A model generated the notes under the pieces. The model worked only from the letters and a program-made list of their open reading frames with translations. It did not search any database and was not told the DNA's origin. Both the position numbers and the translations under genes were made by a program. Positions 18,107 through 27,483 of a stretch of DNA of 43,762 nt are shown here, one piece after another (position 1 is the stretch's first letter; each line of letters starts with the position of its first letter). Location of the stretch: sequence record SRR22947727_1330; one strand, written 5' to 3'.

Positions 18107-19393
18107 ATGTCTGAACCTAAATTTAAAATTGGTGTTGTAGGTCTAGGTTATGTTGGCCTCCCCTTAGCAACACTACTGGCAGAAAAATTTTCTGTGGTAG
18201 GTTTTGACCTAAATATGCAAAGGGTAGCACAAATCAGGGCGTTTTCAGATCCCACTTTTGAGGTATCTAAAGAAAGCCTAAAAGCTGTCGTAAAAACAAT
18301 AGACAGCGAGAAGAACGGATTGTACTGCTCCTCAGATTCAAAATATTTGGCCCCTGTAAATTTTTATATTGTTTGTGTGCCTACGCCAGTCACTAAAGAC
18401 AACGAACCAGATTTTAGCTTATTAGAAAAAGCTTCAGCAGGTCTAGGGTCCTATCTTAAAAAAGGAGACTATGTGGTGTATGAATCTACAGTGTACCCCG
18501 GAGCCACTGAAGGTATTTGCCAACCCATATTAGAGCAATGCAGTGGTTTAAAAGGGAAAGAAGATTTTTATTTAGGTTATTCACCCGAGCGAATAAATCC
18601 AGGCGATAAAAATAGAAAACTCAAAGACATCCTTAAAATTACCTCAGGCTGTAGCCCAGCGTCTGCAGCTATCATAGATCAGGTTTACGCCACTGTAATT
18701 GAGGCTGGCACTTACCAAGCACCCAGCATTTCCGTTGCAGAAGCTGCTAAAGTAATAGAGAATGCACAAAGAGACCTCAATATTGCCTTTGTAAATGAAT
18801 TGGCCATAGTTTTTAGTAAAATGGGTTTAAACACCCATGAGGTTCTCAAAGCAGCAGCCACCAAATGGAACTTTATGCCTTTTAGTCCAGGTTTAGTAGG
18901 AGGCCATTGTATTGGTGTAGACCCCTATTATTTGGCCGCTAAAGCAAAACTCGTGGGACATGATCCCAAAGTAATTTTAGCTGGTAGAAAACTCAATAAT
19001 GAAATGGGCGCCTTTGTAGCCAATCAGGTCCTTCAGATGCTGGCCTTAATAAAAATAGGGATGCCCGGCACAGAAGTGTTATTGGTGGGTTTTTCCTTTA
19101 AAGAGAATTGTCCAGATGTCAGAAATACAGGCGTCATGAGTGTTTACAACGCGCTAAATTCCTTTGGAGCTAAAATAAGCGTCTATGACCCCGTAGCAGA
19201 CAAAGAAGCTGCTTTAAACAGTTATGGCGTTTCACTAATTAAAGCACCAAAAAAAATGGGCTACAAAGCCATTGTTTTATGTGTTCCTCACAAAGAACTT
19301 TTAGCAGTTGATTGGCGCATTTACACAACAGCAAAGGGCGTTATTTACAAAGTAAAAGAAGCTTTTAGCACAAGAGCAGACGGACAATTATAG
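18107..19393 (+). CDS. Nucleotide-sugar dehydrogenase, UDP-N-acetylhexosamine 6-dehydrogenase-like (TviB/WbpO type)
   Basis: GLGYVGLP, ESTVYPG, YSPERINPGD, GLVGGHCIGVDPYY, FKENCPD. Confidence 0.9.
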   Translation: MSEPKFKIGVVGLGYVGLPLATLLAEKFSVVGFDLNMQRVAQIRAFSDPTFEVSKESLKAVVKTIDSEKNGLYCSSDSKYLAPVNFYIVCVPTPVTKDNEPDFSLLEKASAGLGSYLKKGDYVVYESTVYPGATEGICQPILEQCSGLKGKEDFYLGYSPERINPGDKNRKLKDILKITSGCSPASAAIIDQVYATVIEAGTYQAPSISVAEAAKVIENAQRDLNIAFVNELAIVFSKMGLNTHEVLKAAATKWNFMPFSPGLVGGHCIGVDPYYLAAKAKLVGHDPKVILAGRKLNNEMGAFVANQVLQMLALIKIGMPGTEVLLVGFSFKENCPDVRNTGVMSVYNALNSFGAKISVYDPVADKEAALNSYGVSLIKAPKKMGYKAIVLCVPHKELLAVDWRIYTTAKGVIYKVKEAFSTRADGQL

Positions 19394-19423
19394 CCCTAAA
19401 AAATGAGGGTCTTTAAGGCCCAT

Positions 19424-20566
19424 TTAAAGAGACATGGTCTTTCTAGAAGCAAAGGCCTTTTCATAGACCGCTTCATATAAAGGTAAAATATTGGTAATGT
19501 CGAACTTCTGAGCTGCTTGTACAGCACGTTTTTTAAACTGTGCCAAGACCTCTGGATCTTGAAGAATGGCCAGCGCATTCTCAGCCATTTCATCTACCGC
19601 ACCTACAGGACTCAAGAAACCAGTCTGTCCATGAATATTCACTTCTGGAATACCCCCTTTATTGCTGGAAATTACAGGCACTTCGTTGACCATTGCCTCC
19701 AGGGCTGCCAAACCAAAACTCTCCGACTCAGAAGGCAATAAAAAGAGGTCTGAAAAACATAAAATACGGTCAATTTCATTGCTGTTTCCCAAAAACAACA
19801 CTTTGTCTGTTATGCCAAGGGCCTCACATTGAATTTCTGCTTTTTCTCTTTCTGGCCCCTCACCTACCATCACAAGTTTTGCTGTGATGCGTTCTTGGAT
19901 TTTATGAAAAATAGCCACCACATCTGCAATGCGTTTTACTTTTCTAAAATTAGAGATATGCGTCACAATTCGCTCGTGGTCTTGAGCCATTAAGGAACGC
20001 TGACAATCTGTGTAATCATGGGCATACTTCTTAGTATCAATAAAATTAGGAATAACCTCAATCTCTTTTTTAATGTCAAAAAGTTCTAGGGTGTCTTTTT
20101 TTAAACTATCAGACACAGCCGTGACCACATCAGATTCATTAATACTGAAAGTAACCGCTGGCTTATAAAAAGGATGCTTACCCACTAGAGTAATGTCTGT
20201 ACCGTGTAGGGTGGTAATCATTGGAATATAAATACCCTCTTTGGCTAGCATTTGCTTGGCCATAAAGCCCGCATAAGCGTGTGGAATAGCATAATGCACA
20301 TGAAGCACTTCAATGCCATACATTTTCACAGTGTCTACCAATTTACTAGACAGCGCCAATTCATAAGGTTGGTAATGAAACAACGCGTATTCAGGCACAT
20401 GTACTTCATGAAAATGAATGTTTGCATTTAATAATTCAAGCCGAACCGGCTGCTTATAGGTCACAAAATGAATTTCGTGCCCTCTATTGGCTAGGGCTAT
20501 ACCCAATTCAGTAGCAACAACACCGCTCCCACCAAAAGTGGGGTAACATACAATGGCAATTTTCAT
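19424..20566 (-). CDS. bshA: N-acetyl-alpha-D-glucosaminyl L-malate synthase (bacillithiol biosynthesis, GT4)
   Basis: CYPTFGGSGVVATELG, HVHYAIPHA, TTLHGTDITLVG, SNFRKVKR, ESFGLAALEA. Confidence 0.95.
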   Translation of the reverse strand: MKIAIVCYPTFGGSGVVATELGIALANRGHEIHFVTYKQPVRLELLNANIHFHEVHVPEYALFHYQPYELALSSKLVDTVKMYGIEVLHVHYAIPHAYAGFMAKQMLAKEGIYIPMITTLHGTDITLVGKHPFYKPAVTFSINESDVVTAVSDSLKKDTLELFDIKKEIEVIPNFIDTKKYAHDYTDCQRSLMAQDHERIVTHISNFRKVKRIADVVAIFHKIQERITAKLVMVGEGPEREKAEIQCEALGITDKVLFLGNSNEIDRILCFSDLFLLPSESESFGLAALEAMVNEVPVISSNKGGIPEVNIHGQTGFLSPVGAVDEMAENALAILQDPEVLAQFKKRAVQAAQKFDITNILPLYEAVYEKAFASRKTMSL

Positions 20567-20569
20567 AAT

Positions 20570-22246
20570 CTAATGTTTAATTCCTTTTAAAGAAACTGGC
20601 AATACACCAAGCGCCACCTTTTTTCCATAAAGAACTTGAGCGGCATATTGCTGGATTTGAGGTGCATTTTGGTACCCAAAAAACAGCAGGGGAATTTCTT
20701 TTATAAATGGAATATCTAATAACGCATAAGGCTTTGTAAAAACAGCCAAAATAGTGGTATTGGACAATGCGTTAATGTCTTTTAAAAGAGCGACTTCCTC
20801 TGGAGAAAATCTATGGGCTTTATAAGCAGTCTCCATAGACCTATGGTGGCCTACCACCACATAATCAAATGTTTTTAAAGCTTGGACCCCATTTTTTAAA
20901 TCAGACACAGCCACCGCCTGAGCGCCAAAAGACTGAAGGGCTTCTTTAAAAACCGCAGGATAGGCTTCTCCAAAGGCTACAAAAGCCACTTTATCTGAAG
21001 GTTTTAAAACAATAGGTGCCGTATCTGTTTGATAGACATAAGTGGCCGCTTGGGCATATGCCTTATCAATGGTCTGCTTATAAATGGGTTGGTTTAGGTC
21101 TTTGGTGAGTCCATTGAGCTGGACAGGACTGTATTGATTAAGGCCCAAATCATACTTAGCAGCCAATATTTTTTTTACCGAATAGGCCAACCTAGCCTCT
21201 GTTAGCACTCCTTTTTTTAGTGCTTCTGACAAATGCGCAATGGAAAGTCCCAAATCATTAGGAATCACCAGTACGTCATTTCCAGCCAGTAAAGCTTTTA
21301 AAGACACATCTCCATCAGGAGAAAAATCAGAGGCCCCTTTCATATTTAGGGCATCTGTAAAAACAAGCCCTTTAAAATTTAGTTCTTTTTGCAGTAATCC
21401 AGTGGTTACTTTATGAGATAAAGAGACCGGCAAACCGGGTTCACCAGTGAGTACAGGCACATCTAAATGCGCTACCATGACCCCTTGAACGCCTTGTAAT
21501 AAAGGTGTTTTGTAGGGATACAACTCTATACTGTCCAATCTTTCTCTAGTAAAAGGCAATACTGGTAAGGCCTTATGAGAATCTACAGAAGTATCCCCAT
21601 GGCCTGGAAAATGCTTGGCACAAGTAAAAACACCCGCTGCATTCATTCCTTGGCTAAGGGCCAAAGCCCTAGCCGATACCCTTCGCACATCCGATCCAAA
21701 AGACCGGTTGCCAATAATTGGATTGTTTGGATTGATATTCACATCTACCACTGGAGCAAAATTCATATGAACCCCTAGGCGCTTAGCTTGCATGCCCATA
21801 TGGCGACCAATTGTACTAAGAAGGCTTAAGTCCTGAATGGCCCCCAAAGTCATATTCCACGGATACTTTGGCACAGAATCTAATCGCATGGCTACCCCCC
21901 ACTCTGCGTCCATATAGATCATAAGTGGCACAGTGCTGAATGACTGGTAATGATTGGTTAATTGGGCTTGTTTATACGGGGTTCCCAAGGAAAATATCAC
22001 GCCTCCAGGCTGATGCCTTTTTAATTCCTCTTCAAATACCTTCAATTCTTTCTCTGGTGCTTTGCTTTGAACCATCACCACAAACAATTGCCCAATTTTC
22101 TGGGCATTCGTAAGGGATTGATACGTACTGTCTACCCATTGTGCTCTTGCTTCTTCCTTAGACTGTTGTGCTAAAGCAGTGAGACTACTCAAAAAAATGA
22201 GCGTCAAAAGCAATGGGTTAAAGTTGTTTTTTAATGTGTTAAACAT
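20570..22246 (-). CDS. GH3 beta-N-acetylglucosaminidase (NagZ-type), exported
   Basis: Signal peptide; KHFPGHGDTSVDSH NagZ signature; nucleophile motif FTDALNM. Confidence 0.88.
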   Translation of the reverse strand: MFNTLKNNFNPLLLTLIFLSSLTALAQQSKEEARAQWVDSTYQSLTNAQKIGQLFVVMVQSKAPEKELKVFEEELKRHQPGGVIFSLGTPYKQAQLTNHYQSFSTVPLMIYMDAEWGVAMRLDSVPKYPWNMTLGAIQDLSLLSTIGRHMGMQAKRLGVHMNFAPVVDVNINPNNPIIGNRSFGSDVRRVSARALALSQGMNAAGVFTCAKHFPGHGDTSVDSHKALPVLPFTRERLDSIELYPYKTPLLQGVQGVMVAHLDVPVLTGEPGLPVSLSHKVTTGLLQKELNFKGLVFTDALNMKGASDFSPDGDVSLKALLAGNDVLVIPNDLGLSIAHLSEALKKGVLTEARLAYSVKKILAAKYDLGLNQYSPVQLNGLTKDLNQPIYKQTIDKAYAQAATYVYQTDTAPIVLKPSDKVAFVAFGEAYPAVFKEALQSFGAQAVAVSDLKNGVQALKTFDYVVVGHHRSMETAYKAHRFSPEEVALLKDINALSNTTILAVFTKPYALLDIPFIKEIPLLFFGYQNAPQIQQYAAQVLYGKKVALGVLPVSLKGIKH

Positions 22247-22255
22247 ATGAGGGTG

Positions 22256-22741
22256 CTATTTCATGAATTGTCCATGCCAACTTTCACTTGCAGGTACTTC
22301 CCAATAATTTTCATACTCCGCTTTGGTAGTAACCAAATTATTAAAAACAACTGTATTTCCTGTAACAGAACGGTCTTTGGCCATTTTTTTAAAATCAATC
22401 AGGGTTTTGTGTGCCACATGGGGTCCCTGCTTGTAAGTCACATTCATCTTGTCCAAGAGATCAACACTGTACTGGGCTTCCAGACTTTGAATAAAACGAA
22501 CAGAACTGTCAATGGAGCAGCCGGATGCGCTGCCTTGCTGCGCATCTAATCCAAAGATTATAAAGCGGTTATAAGGCATGTCTACCCCAGCGTACAAATC
22601 ATTCCCATGGGCCGTCCATCCAGATAAAAAAGATTCACAAGCCGCTTTAACGGCTGCCGCTTCCTCATTGGTGAAAGGTCTATTGCTTTGGTATATCCAG
22701 ATTTTAGCATCTTCTGGTAATTCTGAAAAAGGGACTAACAT
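22256..22741 (-). CDS. Conserved Bacteroidota hypothetical protein (WTAHG / SGCSID motifs)
   Basis: 161-aa ORF co-oriented with the GH3 and bshA genes; motifs recalled from a family often labelled 'ABC transporter ATPase', but no Walker A is visible. Confidence 0.75.
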   Translation of the reverse strand: MLVPFSELPEDAKIWIYQSNRPFTNEEAAAVKAACESFLSGWTAHGNDLYAGVDMPYNRFIIFGLDAQQGSASGCSIDSSVRFIQSLEAQYSVDLLDKMNVTYKQGPHVAHKTLIDFKKMAKDRSVTGNTVVFNNLVTTKAEYENYWEVPASESWHGQFMK

Positions 22742-22880
22742 AAAAGATTAAATATTTAATAATTTAAAAAATGACTATAAGGCTTTAATTGCGGTGGTTT
22801 ACGCATGAGTAGTTCCTTTTAAATGGAGCATTTATAGTACGCCTAATAAGCCAAAGCATCTGGATTTAAGCGCGCAATTA

Positions 22881-23675
22881 TTACAAATCTCCAGCTTGTG
22901 CAATAAGCTCCGCAATATCCATGACCGCCACACTGCCTTCTTTTTCTTTGTTTTTTATACCGTCTGTCATCATGGTGTTACAAAAAGGACAGGCTGCAGC
23001 CACTATATCTGGCTGGGTTTCTAAGGCCTCTTCTGTTCTGACAATATTAATTTCCTTGTCTCCAGGTTCTGCATCTTTGAACATCTGAGCACCTCCTGCG
23101 CCACAACACAAGCCTTTTTCCTTGCAGTTTTTCATTTCTACGAGCTGGGCATCTAATTTTTTAATCAGTTCCCTGGGTGCTTCGTACACCCCATTGGCCC
23201 TGCCTAAATAGCAAGGATCGTGAAAAGTAATCTTCTTTCCCTTATAAACGCCCCCTTCTAAACTGAGCCTATTTTGATCCATCAAATCTTTTAAGAGTTG
23301 GGTGTGGTGCACTACGTCGTAGGTACCACCCAAGGCAGGATATTCATTTTTTAAGGTGTTAAAGCAATGTGGGCAAGCCGTGACTACTTTTTTAACCCCA
23401 TAAGCATTCAGGGTGGCAATATTAGTAGCCGCCTGCATCTGAAATAAAAATTCATTTCCTGCTCTTTTAGCAGGATCTCCCGAACAGGTTTCTTCTGCAC
23501 CCAAAACTGCGAAAGACACCCCTGCATTGTGAAGAATCTTTACAAATGCTTTGGTGATTTTTTTGGCGCGCTCGTCAAAACTTCCAGCGCAACCCACCCA
23601 AAATAATATTTCTGCTTCCTTCCCAGCGGCAGCCATTGCAGCTAAAGTGGGAACTTCTATTCTATTTTCAGCCAT
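22881..23675 (-). CDS. Fe-S protein with two CCG domains (HdrD/GlpC/FadF C-terminal-like)
   Basis: WVGC, ETCSG, TACPHC, FHDPCYLGR, LCCGAGG, ACPFC; ATG 23675 lies just after the upstream stop. Confidence 0.88.
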   Translation of the reverse strand: MAENRIEVPTLAAMAAAGKEAEILFWVGCAGSFDERAKKITKAFVKILHNAGVSFAVLGAEETCSGDPAKRAGNEFLFQMQAATNIATLNAYGVKKVVTACPHCFNTLKNEYPALGGTYDVVHHTQLLKDLMDQNRLSLEGGVYKGKKITFHDPCYLGRANGVYEAPRELIKKLDAQLVEMKNCKEKGLCCGAGGAQMFKDAEPGDKEINIVRTEEALETQPDIVAAACPFCNTMMTDGIKNKEKEGSVAVMDIAELIAQAGDL

Positions 23676-23679
23676 AGCT

Positions 23680-25005
23680 TTATTTTTCTTGGGCCCATAA
23701 GAGCCTATCTTGTTGGTTGTAAGGCCATGGAGCCCCGTTGTTTTCAATATTCCCCATCATATTATTTAATGCTTGTGGGGCAGCCGATTGTTCCATGACA
23801 AGGTATTGACGCATTTCCATGATAATGGATAAAGGGTCTATACTGACAGGACAAGCTTCCACGCAGGCATTGCATGAGGTACAGGCCCACAATTCTTCTG
23901 GGCTGATATAATCTCCTAACAGTTGCTTTCCATCTGAAACGAATACCCCTTTATTTTTCTTAGTATTTTTTCCAACTTCTTCCAAACGGTCTCTGGTGTC
24001 CATCATGACCTTTCTTGGAGACAATTTTTTCCCGGTCTGATTGGCGGGGCACATATCGGTACACCTTCCGCACTCAGTACAGGTATAGGCGTTGAGCAAT
24101 TGAACCTGATTGAGGTCTTGCACATCTGCAGCGCCAAAACGTTCTGGTGGTGGGGCATCGGCCGCAGGCGCAGCAAAAGGATCTGCAGTAGGATCCATCA
24201 TCATGGCCACTTCTCTAGCCACCGTTTCATTGTGGGCAAATTGCCCTTGGGGCGTGAGTCTTCCAAAATAGGTGTTTGGAAAAGCCAATAAAATATGAAG
24301 GTGTTTGGAGTAATATAAATAATTTAAGAACAACAATATACCGCAAATGTGCAGCCACCAAGCGCCTCGTTCTATCAAGATCAAGCTGCTCTCTGACAGG
24401 TTCTCAAACAAAGGGGCCAACAAACTACTTACAGGAAATGCACCTGCCTTGGTATAATGCGCTGCGTCCATGAGCTGTAATTGATAATCTGCTGCATTCA
24501 TAGTTAAAAAGAGTCCCATGAGCACCCATTCAATATAGAGAATATAGTTGGCATCGTTTTTGGGCCAAGCAGTCATTTCTGGTTTCCAAAAGCGTTTTAA
24601 TTTTAGGGCATTTCTTCTGAGCCAGAAAAAGGCAACAGCTACCACCACTAAAGCAGCAAAAATCTCAAAAGTCCCAATAAGCACATCATAGATGGGTCCC
24701 AAGAATTCGAAAAGCCTATGGGTGCCCAATAAACCGTCTAAAACAATCTCCAGCACTTCTATATTAATAATGACAAAGCCCAGGTACACGACAAAGTGCA
24801 ACAATCCAGAAATGGGACGCTTAAACATTTTGCTTTGGCCAAAAGCTATATAGGCTACGTTTTTAATACGCTCTTTTTTGTCTCCTTGTACTACTGGCTT
24901 TTTCCCCAATTTAATATTGGCGATAAGTTGCCTGATGTTTTGCACAAAATATCCAATTCCAAGCACTAAAATTAGGGCGAAAACCACATTAGGAATGTAC
25001 TGCAT
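23680..25005 (-). CDS. Membrane-anchored Fe-S oxidoreductase subunit (TM domain + 2x[4Fe-4S]; FadF/EtfD N-terminal-like)
   Basis: About five TM helices with His residues (LLHF, WLHI, KHLHI); CTECGRCTDMCP and CTSCNACVEACP. Confidence 0.88.
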   Translation of the reverse strand: MQYIPNVVFALILVLGIGYFVQNIRQLIANIKLGKKPVVQGDKKERIKNVAYIAFGQSKMFKRPISGLLHFVVYLGFVIINIEVLEIVLDGLLGTHRLFEFLGPIYDVLIGTFEIFAALVVVAVAFFWLRRNALKLKRFWKPEMTAWPKNDANYILYIEWVLMGLFLTMNAADYQLQLMDAAHYTKAGAFPVSSLLAPLFENLSESSLILIERGAWWLHICGILLFLNYLYYSKHLHILLAFPNTYFGRLTPQGQFAHNETVAREVAMMMDPTADPFAAPAADAPPPERFGAADVQDLNQVQLLNAYTCTECGRCTDMCPANQTGKKLSPRKVMMDTRDRLEEVGKNTKKNKGVFVSDGKQLLGDYISPEELWACTSCNACVEACPVSIDPLSIIMEMRQYLVMEQSAAPQALNNMMGNIENNGAPWPYNQQDRLLWAQEK

Positions 25006-25008
25006 ATA

Positions 25009-25989
25009 TTAATTTTTAAGTATAATGGTATCGCTTTGGTTCGCTGGATCATTCATGGGTAGTCGGTATTCTTTTTGCTTTTTACCAAAAACAGACACAT
25101 TAATGTATCGCTTTGGGTTTAAGCGCACATCCTGAAGTAAAAGAGACAGCTCTTTGGAAGTCTGGGTCAGATAATCATACATTTCAGTGTCTTTGGTGAG
25201 TTTTCCTAAGCTCCCTTCTCCATTTTCAATACCAGCCAAAATAGCATTTAATTTTTCCGCTGTTTGGCTCAAATTTGCAAAGGTGTTTGTGAGTCCCATT
25301 TTTGAAATAGAGTCTGTTACTAAAGCTAGATTTTCTGTAAAACTGTCTAAGTTTTGTATGCTTCCCTCAATAGCACCTCTATTGAGCACCACAATATCTG
25401 AAAGTACCTCAGTTGCTTTTTGGGTGTTGGCTATTAGGGCGTTTAAGCTTTCTATACTCTGTTTAAGGTCTTTTTTAGTTCTTCCGTCTAATATTGTATT
25501 AATATTGACCAGCAGAGAATCTGCATTTTTAATCACATCTTCCACTTTGTTTTGCAAAGGACTTAGTTGCTGCTGCAACAACTCTGTCACACCTGGTTTA
25601 ACAGAAGCCAATAAAGTATCTCCAGCTTGGGCTATGGGTCCTTGGTCAAAGGCGGGAAGTATTTGAATTCCTTTACCCCCAATAATTCCAGTATCGTATA
25701 GTTCAGCGGTAGAATTTTTAGAAAAACTAAAACTGTCGTCCACAGAAAAAGTAACCAATAAATCTCCGGAAGCATCTAAAAATCCTACATCATTTACCTT
25801 TCCTACAGTAAAACCATTAATTGAAACCGCAGTTCCTGGTTGTAAACCACCCACATGATGGTACACCACATACAATGTCTTATTGTTTTCAAATAAAGGC
25901 GATGACTTTAAATAGCTATACCCCAACAAAAACAGTAGAATACCGCCTATACCAATTATTCCCGTCTTAATTTCCCTGCTTATATTCAC
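25009..25989 (-). CDS. MlaD/MCE family protein
   Basis: SREIKTG + TM anchor; GGLQPGTAVSINGFTVGKV; helical region; GSLGKL; NPKRY. Confidence 0.88.
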   Translation of the reverse strand: MNISREIKTGIIGIGGILLFLLGYSYLKSSPLFENNKTLYVVYHHVGGLQPGTAVSINGFTVGKVNDVGFLDASGDLLVTFSVDDSFSFSKNSTAELYDTGIIGGKGIQILPAFDQGPIAQAGDTLLASVKPGVTELLQQQLSPLQNKVEDVIKNADSLLVNINTILDGRTKKDLKQSIESLNALIANTQKATEVLSDIVVLNRGAIEGSIQNLDSFTENLALVTDSISKMGLTNTFANLSQTAEKLNAILAGIENGEGSLGKLTKDTEMYDYLTQTSKELSLLLQDVRLNPKRYINVSVFGKKQKEYRLPMNDPANQSDTIILKN

Positions 25990-26011
25990 AATATATATTC
26001 TTATTTGTACA

Positions 26012-26019
26012 CAAATTTA
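26012..26019 (-). promoter_or_regulatory. -7 promoter element for the mlaD/Fe-S genes
   Basis: Minus strand TAAATTTG ending 22 nt before the start at 25989. Confidence 0.6.
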
Positions 26020-26046
26020 CTAATAATAATCACTTTTGGCCCCTGT

Positions 26047-27324
26047 TTAGTCCAAGCTTTCTAAGGCTTTTGACAGGGAGATTTTTGTGCCATTTTCATA
26101 GGCGGCTACAAAGGCGTTTAGATAACCCGCATTCACCGCCTGAATAAGCAAATCCTTGGCTTGTTTATAATCCGGTGTTTTACCGTAAAAATACCTATGC
26201 AAACTTCCCACAGGTTCTGTAGAAATATCAGACAGGCCTTTGAAATTATCTGCTGTTAGGGGTATTTTTTTGGAGACCGCCATGAGCTGAATTTTAAAAA
26301 CAATGCCAGGATTAATTTTAACTGTTTCTTTCTTATTCTCAACCATTGGGGCTGACGGAGATAATGTCTTGACTACTGGAGTAGCTACTACACTTGACGC
26401 TTCATTGGTTTGATTTTCAGCAGCATCTTCCTTTTTTTCCTCGATGTTTTTTGCTTCCACAGCGTCAGCAGCAACCGGTATTTCTTTTACTTCTGCCATT
26501 TTAGTGACCACTGGGCTCTCTTTAACTGCGGTTGTCAAAGCTTCTAAACTAACCGTCTGAAGTCCATTTTTATATTCCAATACCGCTTCTGCAATAGCTG
26601 CAGCCATTTCAGACTGTCCTTTCTTAGAGTTTAAATAAGCGCCTTCATTGGCATTGGTTAAAAAACCAGTTTCTACCAATACAGACGGCATAAAAGTCTG
26701 GTGCAACACAATAAAACCAGCTTGTTTTACTTTTCTGTCATTTCGCTTTAAACCTTTGGCAAATCGGTCTTGCATGGATTTAGCCAATTGAATGCTCTTG
26801 TCTAAAAATTCCTCTTGCATGATGGTAAAACCAATCACGGACTCTGGGGAATTAATGTCATATTGCGCATAGCGTTCTTCAAAATTCTCTTCCAAATAGA
26901 TGGCTGAGTTTTCTTTTTTAGCCACCGAAAAGTTTTGTTTATTGGCATGTAATCCCAAAACAAAAGTACCTGCTCCAAAGGCGTTTGAAGTGTGAGAATC
27001 ACAGTGAATAGAAATAAATATGTCTGCTTTTGCCTTATTAGCAATAGCGCCTCTCTGGGTTAACGCCACAAAATTATCAGAATCTCTGGTGTAAATGACC
27101 TTTATATCCTGATAAGAGGACAGTAAAGCACCTGCCTCTAAGGCTATTTTTAGGGCGATGATTTTTTCCATATACCCGTTTCCCAAATTACCAGGGTCTT
27201 TTCCGCCATGCCCAGCATCTAGAACAACTACAAAAGGTTTTACTGGGTCTGGATTTGCAAAAACCGATGCAGAAAATGCCATAAAAAACAACGAACACAA
27301 AAAAGAAGTAGATGAAATCTTCAT
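26047..27324 (-). CDS. N-acetylmuramoyl-L-alanine amidase (Amidase_3)
   Basis: Signal peptide; LDAGHGGKDPG, FISIHCD, PSVLVETGF; Ala/Glu/Lys-rich linker and small C-terminal domain; ATG 27324 chosen. Confidence 0.93.
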   Translation of the reverse strand: MKISSTSFLCSLFFMAFSASVFANPDPVKPFVVVLDAGHGGKDPGNLGNGYMEKIIALKIALEAGALLSSYQDIKVIYTRDSDNFVALTQRGAIANKAKADIFISIHCDSHTSNAFGAGTFVLGLHANKQNFSVAKKENSAIYLEENFEERYAQYDINSPESVIGFTIMQEEFLDKSIQLAKSMQDRFAKGLKRNDRKVKQAGFIVLHQTFMPSVLVETGFLTNANEGAYLNSKKGQSEMAAAIAEAVLEYKNGLQTVSLEALTTAVKESPVVTKMAEVKEIPVAADAVEAKNIEEKKEDAAENQTNEASSVVATPVVKTLSPSAPMVENKKETVKINPGIVFKIQLMAVSKKIPLTADNFKGLSDISTEPVGSLHRYFYGKTPDYKQAKDLLIQAVNAGYLNAFVAAYENGTKISLSKALESLD

Positions 27325-27431
27325 ATAATACAATAGGTTTTTAAACTCTAGGTATAAAAATACAAAATTATAAGCTCTCACGGAAGCCTAAATATATTGT
27401 TAAGAGCAGAGATCAAAATAAAAAATATGCG

Positions 27432-27439
27432 TAAGTTTG
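27432..27439 (+). promoter_or_regulatory. -7 promoter element for lptD
   Basis: TAAGTTTG upstream of the TTG start at 27484. Confidence 0.6.
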
Positions 27440-27483
27440 AACCCTCAAAACACGTATAAAAAGCAACTAATTCGCTTCAATTT

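Noticed and set aside
22256-22741. 'ABC transporter ATPase' label
   Set aside because: No Walker A/B or LSGGQ signature, and the protein is too short.
6753-27381. Longest-ORF starts at 6753, 7801, 9919, 23747 and 27381
   Set aside because: They overlap neighbouring genes or add non-family N-terminal extensions. Downstream ATGs (6735, 7762, 9955, 23675, 27324) fit better.
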